From positions 107,443 through 171,442 of the forward strand of contig MIBJ01000037.1 of assembly GCA_001829495.1 (NCBI GenBank): DNA of 64,000 bases. Direction: 5' to 3'. The translations under genes were made by a program, and so were the position numbers. Below, one piece after another: positions 7,822 to 14,106 of the stretch (positions within the stretch are counted from its first letter, which is position 1; every line of letters starts with the position of its first letter). The notes under the pieces were generated by a model that made no database searches, was not told where the DNA came from, and saw nothing but the letters and a program-made list of their open reading frames with translations. This stretch comes from Spirochaetes bacterium RBG_16_49_21 (GTDB lineage Bacteria; Spirochaetota; UBA4802; UBA5550).

Positions 7822-10800
7822 TCATTTAAACAGGTCAAGCTGGGAATCATCTATTTTTGACTTTTTTCTCTCCCGCCTGCCCTGAAGCAACAGTGTCTGC
7901 TCCAGCCGGTCAAGAAGCGGGCTCCGCTCCTGAGCCAGCACCCTCCCCTTAACCGCGCGCTTTTTCGCATAGGTGAGATAGAGATTTTTCACCGTTCGGG
8001 TGACACCGACATAGAAAAGCCGCTCCTCTTCAGCAAGCTCCAGGCCGGTCTTTTTGCCGAAAAGCTCAAAGGGGATTATTCCCTTCTCGCAGCCGGGGAT
8101 AAATACGGTGTTAAACTCCAGCCCCTTGGACGCGTGCAGGGTTATAAGGGATACCGCCTCAGCCCGCTCATCCCGGTCGTCAAAACCTTGCCGCAGGGAG
8201 AGAGCCCTGAAAAACTCCTGATAGTCATTGCCGTACTGTCCTGAGAAGGAGGCGGTCCGCGCAAGGGCATCATCCCCGGCGCCGCCGATCACCATAATGA
8301 ATTTGATCACGTCAGATACCACGTCCCCCTTTCTGATCATCTCGCGCACATCCTCGGCCACTTCAGAAGAGACAGCCGTTTCCGGAATACGGTAATATAT
8401 CTTTTTTAAGGATCGCATTGCCGAGCGGTACGGCTCCTGCCTGAACAGGGGCTCGGTTTCCGCCATCTGGTACGGAATCGCGTGATTGCGGAAGGCCTGG
8501 ACGAGCTCTTCAAACATTAAGGATGCTCTGCAGAGGACGGCGAAATCGGCAAAACTCACGTTCTGCTCAAGCGCGTCTCCGTCGGTAATGCCGCTGTCGA
8601 TGGAAAAACTCCGCACCCCGCCGAGAGAACCCTCTATGGTCGCGGCTATCCAGTCTGCTTCGCTCCGGTCGGATTCCGTCTCCTGAATCCGTATTTTCAT
8701 ATCGAGGTTTTTTCCGGCAAGGGCACTCGCTCTTCCCAGAACCTGGCCGGCGGCGCGCATCACCGTATCGGGGCAACGGAAACTCTTATCCAGGTGAAGA
8801 AGCTTGATGCCCGGGTAATCCTCGGCCATCATCGTCATGAATCCCGGATCAGAGCCTCTGAACCCGTATATGGCCTGGTCAGGATCGCCGATGACGAAAA
8901 GATTGGGGCTCGAATCGCCGGCGAGAAGCTTCAGGAGATCATACTGGCCGGCGTTGATGTCCTGAAATTCATCCACCAGAATCCAGTTGAATCGCTTGCG
9001 GTATCGTTCAAGGATCTCGTGGTTTTGCTTGAATAAAAGCACCGGAAGGTATATGAGATCGCTGATATCAACGGCATTCATTTTTTTTAGGATTTCATTG
9101 TACCGGTCAAAAATATATTTTATATCTTCAACCGGCTTGATTCCCTGCTTAACCGCCTCGATATCCCGGGCCGCCGCATCAGCCTTTTTTTCTTCTTTCA
9201 GAATATCTCGAATATCGTCATCATCCATAATGTAGAAATCCGCTCCTCTTCCGACTTCTGAATGATGCTCTCTCAGTATCGAAAGGCCAAAGGCGTGGAA
9301 GGTGCTTATGGTCAGATTCTCCAGCGAAAGGAACCGCTGAATCCTCGTGCGCATCTCCATCGAAGCCTTATTGGAAAAGGTAAGCGCCAGGATATTCTGC
9401 GGCTGGATATTTTTCACCGTGACCAGATGGATGATCCGCTGCGTCAAGATGCGCGTCTTGCCCGTGCCCGGGCCTGCTACAATCATGCAGGGGCCTTGTC
9501 CGTGCTCGATGCCGGTCCGCTGTCCGCTGGTGATGCCTTCCGCGGCATCATGCAGGGGAGCATCCGCGGCTTTGGCCGGCGATATTCCCGCATCCCTGAG
9601 CAGCCGGCGGAATTCTCCGATGTCGAATTTTAGAAATGTCCTCTTCCCCGGCAGCTCTGCCGGGGCGCTGCCCGCCGGGGTGAAAAGGCTCGTGCCGGAA
9701 AACGATCGGGCCTCATCCTCGCCGAACACCTTTATCCTGCCGAATTCGCCGTCATATCCCTCCTCAATAACGACCTCGTTTTCCCTGAGCCTCCTGATCC
9801 CCTCCGCCAGGGGCTCGCCGCCCGCTGCATGAATCTCGTCAAGGGTGGCGTAAAGCAGGATATAAAACTCCGAGCCCAGGGATCTCACCAGCCGGTGGTA
9901 TTCCTTCATCACCCTGGAGGACTTGCCGGTCTTCTGATGCAAAAGCTCTGCTAAAAGCTCCGGAAGCTCTGTTATAGAATGGAAAGCGGATTTATCTGCC
10001 GGCCCGCCCGGCGCAGGCCGGTCCGCAAGCTCCGCGACCCGGTACATGACTCCCCTGGTCACGGGCTTTCCGCACACGGTGCATACCCCTTTGTGCATTG
10101 CGGTCTCCAGCGGATCCCACCGTATGCCGCACTTCCGATGGCCGTCATAATGATACTTCCCCTCTTGGGGGAAAAACTCGATGGTTCCGGAAAACCCTTC
10201 ATTATGTTTTAAGCCGCGGTATATGGCGTCATAGCCCAGTTCGGCGTCAAACAGGTTCGCCTCGCGGCCCAGCTTTTCCGGGGAATGAGCGTCCGAATTG
10301 GAAACGAGATTAAACCGGTCTATAAAGCTGCACGTCCGGTTCATGGGAGGGTCGCTTGAAAGCCCGGTCTCCAGAGCGAACAGATGCCGCGTGAGGTCGT
10401 CGAAGCACTCTTCGATGCTGTCGAATCCCGATTTCGATCCGAGCACCGAAAACCAGGGGGTCCATATGTGGGCCGGTATGAGAAAGGAGCTATCCGAAGA
10501 TTCAAGAACCATTTCAAAAAGAATCTTCGAGTCAAGACCGAGAATGGGTCTGCCGTCGGATCTGATATTCCCCATTTTGTCGAGCCGTGATTGGAGCTTT
10601 TCCGCTGTTTTAAAATCGGGGAATACGCACAGGTTGTGCACCTTGCGCACACTGCCGTTTTTCTTGTAGATGTTGCTGATCTCCCCGGTCAGGACAAAGT
10701 ATACGTCAGCCGGCATATTTTTACCCGATAAGCGGCGCGATTCCTCGAGCCGGTAATCGCTTTTGAGCCGATACAGCCCGTTGTCTGCCGGTTCGAGCTT

Positions 10801-10962
10801 TTCCTTGAGCTCGGCGAGCCACCCGGGATGGACGCAGTCCCCGGTGCCGATCAGATCAATGCCTTTCAGCCTGGCCCAGTACTCCAGGTGCTCCGGAACC
10901 AGATGGCTGCTGGTTGCTATTGAAAAGTGCGAATGGATGTGAAAATCGGCAATAAATTTCAA
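7822..10962 (-). CDS. Fusion protein: Endonuclease Q-like PHP-domain nuclease (N-terminal ~415 aa) plus UvrD/PcrA-type SF1 DNA helicase (C-terminal ~560 aa)
   Basis: N-terminal part: DFHIHSHFS, GTGD, PAHIWTPW, NSDAHSP, zinc-finger-like HRKCG...CTVCGKP, and GYDGEFGRIKVF. Helicase part: Walker A AGPGTGKT (res 496-503), DEFQD, GDPDQAIYGFRG and VGVTR. TTG start at 10962 preceded by GGAGG with a 5-nt spacer. Confidence 0.85.
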   Translation of the reverse strand: MKFIADFHIHSHFSIATSSHLVPEHLEYWARLKGIDLIGTGDCVHPGWLAELKEKLEPADNGLYRLKSDYRLEESRRLSGKNMPADVYFVLTGEISNIYKKNGSVRKVHNLCVFPDFKTAEKLQSRLDKMGNIRSDGRPILGLDSKILFEMVLESSDSSFLIPAHIWTPWFSVLGSKSGFDSIEECFDDLTRHLFALETGLSSDPPMNRTCSFIDRFNLVSNSDAHSPEKLGREANLFDAELGYDAIYRGLKHNEGFSGTIEFFPQEGKYHYDGHRKCGIRWDPLETAMHKGVCTVCGKPVTRGVMYRVAELADRPAPGGPADKSAFHSITELPELLAELLHQKTGKSSRVMKEYHRLVRSLGSEFYILLYATLDEIHAAGGEPLAEGIRRLRENEVVIEEGYDGEFGRIKVFGEDEARSFSGTSLFTPAGSAPAELPGKRTFLKFDIGEFRRLLRDAGISPAKAADAPLHDAAEGITSGQRTGIEHGQGPCMIVAGPGTGKTRILTQRIIHLVTVKNIQPQNILALTFSNKASMEMRTRIQRFLSLENLTISTFHAFGLSILREHHSEVGRGADFYIMDDDDIRDILKEEKKADAAARDIEAVKQGIKPVEDIKYIFDRYNEILKKMNAVDISDLIYLPVLLFKQNHEILERYRKRFNWILVDEFQDINAGQYDLLKLLAGDSSPNLFVIGDPDQAIYGFRGSDPGFMTMMAEDYPGIKLLHLDKSFRCPDTVMRAAGQVLGRASALAGKNLDMKIRIQETESDRSEADWIAATIEGSLGGVRSFSIDSGITDGDALEQNVSFADFAVLCRASLMFEELVQAFRNHAIPYQMAETEPLFRQEPYRSAMRSLKKIYYRIPETAVSSEVAEDVREMIRKGDVVSDVIKFIMVIGGAGDDALARTASFSGQYGNDYQEFFRALSLRQGFDDRDERAEAVSLITLHASKGLEFNTVFIPGCEKGIIPFELFGKKTGLELAEEERLFYVGVTRTVKNLYLTYAKKRAVKGRVLAQERSPLLDRLEQTLLLQGRRERKKSKIDDSQLDLFK

Positions 10963-11001
10963 CGAAGCCTCCAGCGGGGTTGTTTAAAAAGTCATGTTAT
11001 A

Positions 11002-11021
11002 TTCTCGCAAAGACGCAAAGA
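11002..11021. repeat. 20-nt motif TTCTCGCAAAGACGCAAAGA, with a second inverted copy at 53323-53342
   Basis: The sequence at 53323-53342 (TCTTTGCGCCTTTGCGAGAA) is the reverse complement with 19/20 identity. Both copies are intergenic. Confidence 0.7.
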
Positions 11022-11293
11022 GAGTATCTTTTTAGATAGCCCCGCTCCGTAATGATGATTTTATTAAGGAATACGGATATATATAGTAAAGAAAAAAATA
11101 ATTTACAACGAGAATATGCTTCTGATAATTGAAATTAATCACCGAATGCCAATTATTGTAGAACTAATATGCTTGATTGCCGATCAATATATACAAATAG
11201 TCAGGCTGTCGATTTGAAAAATTGGCAGCTCGGGTGTATTTAATATAACAAAATGATATACTTTTCCTCTATTCTTATTATATTAATTTAATA

Positions 11294-11580
11294 ACTCGAG
11301 TTAGGCGAAAATTCATTTAAGAACTCCCTCCCCCTTGACGGGGGAGGGCTGGGGTGGGGGTGAGAAAAGTTAATGATATACAGTTCAGTGTATTTTGTGA
11401 AGCAATTACGAAAGAATCAAACAAAAGCAGAAAAAACACTATGGGAATAGTTAAAATCAATGCAGTTAAGGGGACTGAAATTCAGGCGAGAGCAGCCAAT
11501 AGGTTCATATTCTGCTCTAATCACCCTCCCCTAACCCCTCCCATCAAGGGAGGGGGATAAAAAAATCGCCTAACTCAAGT
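11294..11580 (+). repeat. Composite nested-palindrome element, copy 1 (outer inverted repeat, G-rich arm A, 156-nt AT-rich core, C-rich arm B); MITE/REP-like or structured 5' leader
   Basis: Outer inverted repeat ACTCGAGTTAGGCG (11294-11307) / CGCCTAACTCAAGT (11567-11580). Arm A: CTCCCTCCCCCTTGACGGGGGAGGGCTGGGGTGGGGGTGAG (11325-11364). Arm B: TCACCCTCCCCTAACCCCTCCCATCAAGGGAGGGGG (11521-11556). It ends 30 nt before the cyclase ATG. Confidence 0.85.
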
Positions 11581-11610
11581 AATAATAAAAAATTAAGCCG
11601 GGCAAACATC

Positions 11611-14106
11611 ATGGGAAAAAAAATTAAAGCGCAGTCTAAATTGCTCCTGGAGATTCTTCCGGATTCCGTAAGCCCTGAAGATATCCCGGAAATATTCCCG
11701 CGGAGCAAATTTCAATATTTTAAGAAAAATAGCATAAAAACCGCATTCATAGTCTCATCGGAGCCGGTAGATTCGCAGATCTACCATGCGATCGTCGGCG
11801 TATTCAATAATAACGGACTCGCGGTTTTAGGCTTTTATCTGGATAGCTTTGATGAATCCCGGTTTGACACGCTACGGGGAGCCGTACAAGACCTCAAAAA
11901 ATCGCTTGCCCGGGGAGGATGCATGGTGATCTCTTATAAGAGCAAACATGCCCTGTCCTTCATCGCCTCGCTGTACGTATATAATGGAAAGGCTCCGGAT
12001 GAAGCTGCGGCTCATGTGAGAAAAATCAAACGGGATGATTCAGGAATTGATGTAAATAAAAATTTTTTGCACAAATTCCATGAATATGTTACGCATTCCG
12101 GTGGAGCGAAAAATATAATACCCAATGCCATACAGATTGATACTTCTGCCGAACGGCCGCAGGCAAAAGAAATGCCCCGGCAACCGAAGACCAGCAAGAC
12201 CGCATCCCGGACCACGACGGCCGATGCAGCGTTAATGAAGACCGGGCCGTTTTATAGATCCATCAGGTTCAAGCTCATATCCATAATATCCATTATCATA
12301 ATGGCTTCTCTGGCGGGGATGATATTCCTTGCCACCCGGTTCTTTAAAAACGACAACAGGATCCGCATACAGGAAAACAACCTTCAGCTGGCCGAGGTCA
12401 TGGCGCTGAAGATAAAATCCGAAATCGACAAGTACAAGCTCATATCCTCAGTGATGCTGGAAGAGGGAGGTAAAGGCGGCGTGTCCGGATACCGGAGCCT
12501 GATCTCAACCGGAGAAAAGGAGGTGATCTTCTCGGGAATTATGCAGGAAACCGGGAAGAACAAGCAGAAATTTATCAAGACCTATTACAACAAACCGCTG
12601 ATGAACCGGCATGCGATCAGCGAAAAAGACATCGTAAATCTCAACAATACGAGCAATAAAATATACGGCCTGTCTCTCTCCGGCGAGAGCATCATCAACA
12701 ACATATCGCCCTACTTTAATCTTCCGGTCCTTGTTCTGAGCTTTCCGTACGAGCAGGGCGCGGGCGGTTCGGTTCGTTCGGTTATGGTCTCATTCATCAA
12801 GCTCGAAAATCTCCTGAAGACCTTCAAAACCACCGGGATCATAAAGGCCTTCATGGTAAATTACAAGGGCGATGTCATTGCGCATCCTGATGTCAGCCAG
12901 GTCTTGAGCGGCCCCAATTTTTCAACCATACCCATCTGCCGTCTGATGATGAAAAGCAAGATCGACAACGGACAGACACAGTACCGCGATGCCGCGGGAG
13001 TATATTATCTCGGCTCATTTAAAAAAATCGATTCAGAGGGGTTCGGCATCATAGCCGCCGCCAGGGAAAAGGAGGCGTTTCAGGCGGTTTACCAGATACA
13101 GGAGCGGAATATGATCATAACCGGCATGGTGCTCACCGGCGCCATTCTGTTCATATTTTTCTTCGGGAAAACCATCACTTCCCCGATCATCAAACTCGTG
13201 GGCGCGACGAGACAAATCATCCAGGGCCAGTACCATGTGGACATCGCACCGAGCACGAAGGACGAAATCGGCCAGCTCACCAGCACGTTCATTGAAATGG
13301 GGAAGGGACTGGAGGAGCGGGAAAAAATAAAGGCAGCTTTCGGTAAATTCGTGAACAAGGACCTGGCAGAGGCCGCCCTCAGGGACGAGATACGGCTCGG
13401 CGGCGAGCGGAAAAACGTAACCATACTTTTTTCCGATATCCGATCGTTTACGGAGATATCCGAGCGTCTGGAGCCGGAACAGGTTGTCGAATTCCTCAAC
13501 GGCTATATGACGAGAATGGTCTCCTGCGTTGAAACGATGAAGGGCATCGTCGATAAGTTCATCGGCGACGCCATCATGGCTGTGTGGGGCACTCCAATAT
13601 CCAGGGGCAATGACGCGGAAAACGCGGTAAACAGCGCACTGTTGATGCGGATGGAGATCATGAAACTCAACCGGGAGCGAAGCGGACCGCAAAAACCGGC
13701 GATCAGGATAGGATGCGGGATCAACACGGGAACCGTACTCGCGGGCCAGATCGGATCGGAAAACCGGATGGAGTATACGGTTATCGGCGACCCCGTCAAT
13801 CTGGCGTCGAGGATCGAATCGCTCAATAAGCCGTTCGGCACCGATATCCTGATCAGCGAAGACTCCTACCGGCTCGTACGGGATATCTTCGCAGTCGAGA
13901 AGATGAAGCAGATCAAGGTCAAGGGGAAGATGGAGCAGCAGCAGATATACGCGGTCCTCGGCAGGCTCGACGACCCGGGCAGACCGAAATCCCTTGCCGA
14001 GCTTCAGGCGCTGCTGGGAATAGAAAAGCCGGCGTCGGTCTCCGATGAGGAGCTGGTGAAGATGCTTGATCACGGTGAAGAAAAGTATGAGATTATCCAA
14101 AAGTGA
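11611..14106 (+). CDS. Membrane-bound class III adenylate/guanylate cyclase with an N-terminal cytoplasmic domain of unknown function, a periplasmic Cache-like sensor and HAMP
   Basis: C-terminal cyclase blocks ILFSDIRSFTEISE, FIGDAIMAVWG, IGCGINTGTVLAGQIG and YTVIGDPVNLASRIE. The HAMP-like segment follows TM2 (MIITGMVLTGAILFIFFFG). TM1 lies at about residues 221-243. The region between the TMs has the Cache-like YKGDVIAHPD. Confidence 0.9.
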   Translation: MGKKIKAQSKLLLEILPDSVSPEDIPEIFPRSKFQYFKKNSIKTAFIVSSEPVDSQIYHAIVGVFNNNGLAVLGFYLDSFDESRFDTLRGAVQDLKKSLARGGCMVISYKSKHALSFIASLYVYNGKAPDEAAAHVRKIKRDDSGIDVNKNFLHKFHEYVTHSGGAKNIIPNAIQIDTSAERPQAKEMPRQPKTSKTASRTTTADAALMKTGPFYRSIRFKLISIISIIIMASLAGMIFLATRFFKNDNRIRIQENNLQLAEVMALKIKSEIDKYKLISSVMLEEGGKGGVSGYRSLISTGEKEVIFSGIMQETGKNKQKFIKTYYNKPLMNRHAISEKDIVNLNNTSNKIYGLSLSGESIINNISPYFNLPVLVLSFPYEQGAGGSVRSVMVSFIKLENLLKTFKTTGIIKAFMVNYKGDVIAHPDVSQVLSGPNFSTIPICRLMMKSKIDNGQTQYRDAAGVYYLGSFKKIDSEGFGIIAAAREKEAFQAVYQIQERNMIITGMVLTGAILFIFFFGKTITSPIIKLVGATRQIIQGQYHVDIAPSTKDEIGQLTSTFIEMGKGLEEREKIKAAFGKFVNKDLAEAALRDEIRLGGERKNVTILFSDIRSFTEISERLEPEQVVEFLNGYMTRMVSCVETMKGIVDKFIGDAIMAVWGTPISRGNDAENAVNSALLMRMEIMKLNRERSGPQKPAIRIGCGINTGTVLAGQIGSENRMEYTVIGDPVNLASRIESLNKPFGTDILISEDSYRLVRDIFAVEKMKQIKVKGKMEQQQIYAVLGRLDDPGRPKSLAELQALLGIEKPASVSDEELVKMLDHGEEKYEIIQK

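Noticed and set aside
10963-11293. A 330-nt AT-rich non-coding stretch upstream of the helicase-fusion gene, as a possible hidden small gene or ncRNA.
   Set aside because: There is no ORF with a ribosome-binding site and no conserved-looking structure. It contains only the 20-nt repeat module (11002-11021). It is most simply a divergent promoter region.
11354-11560. Small ORFs lying inside repeat elements: 68 aa at 11354-11560; 62 aa at 35500-35688; 99 aa at 7350-7649; 62 aa at 41685-41873.
   Set aside because: They start or end inside the palindromic arms (giving GEGWGEG / PLTPPIKGGG-type translations) or span a terminator. They have no ribosome-binding site and no coding-like composition, so they are artefacts of translating repeats.
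11294-11580. Whether the G/C-rich repeats could be a CRISPR array.
   Set aside because: The repeats are inverted rather than direct, and occur as isolated pairs tens of kb apart. There is no regular repeat-spacer periodicity and there are no cas genes in the window.
7448-11610. Whether the helicase-fusion locus is a defence island or a mobile insertion.
   Set aside because: It has no neighbouring defence, restriction, toxin, integrase or transposase genes. The gene's composition looks like its neighbours by eye. Only the long repeat-bearing flanks are unusual. It is kept as an alternative hypothesis in the finding but not called.
11911-12030. Dual-specificity-phosphatase-like active site in the N-terminal domain of the cyclase.
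   Set aside because: The HC-X5-R(S/T) signature is absent: there is no Cys or Arg in register in VISYKSKHALS. The resemblance is limited to the hydrophobic pattern.
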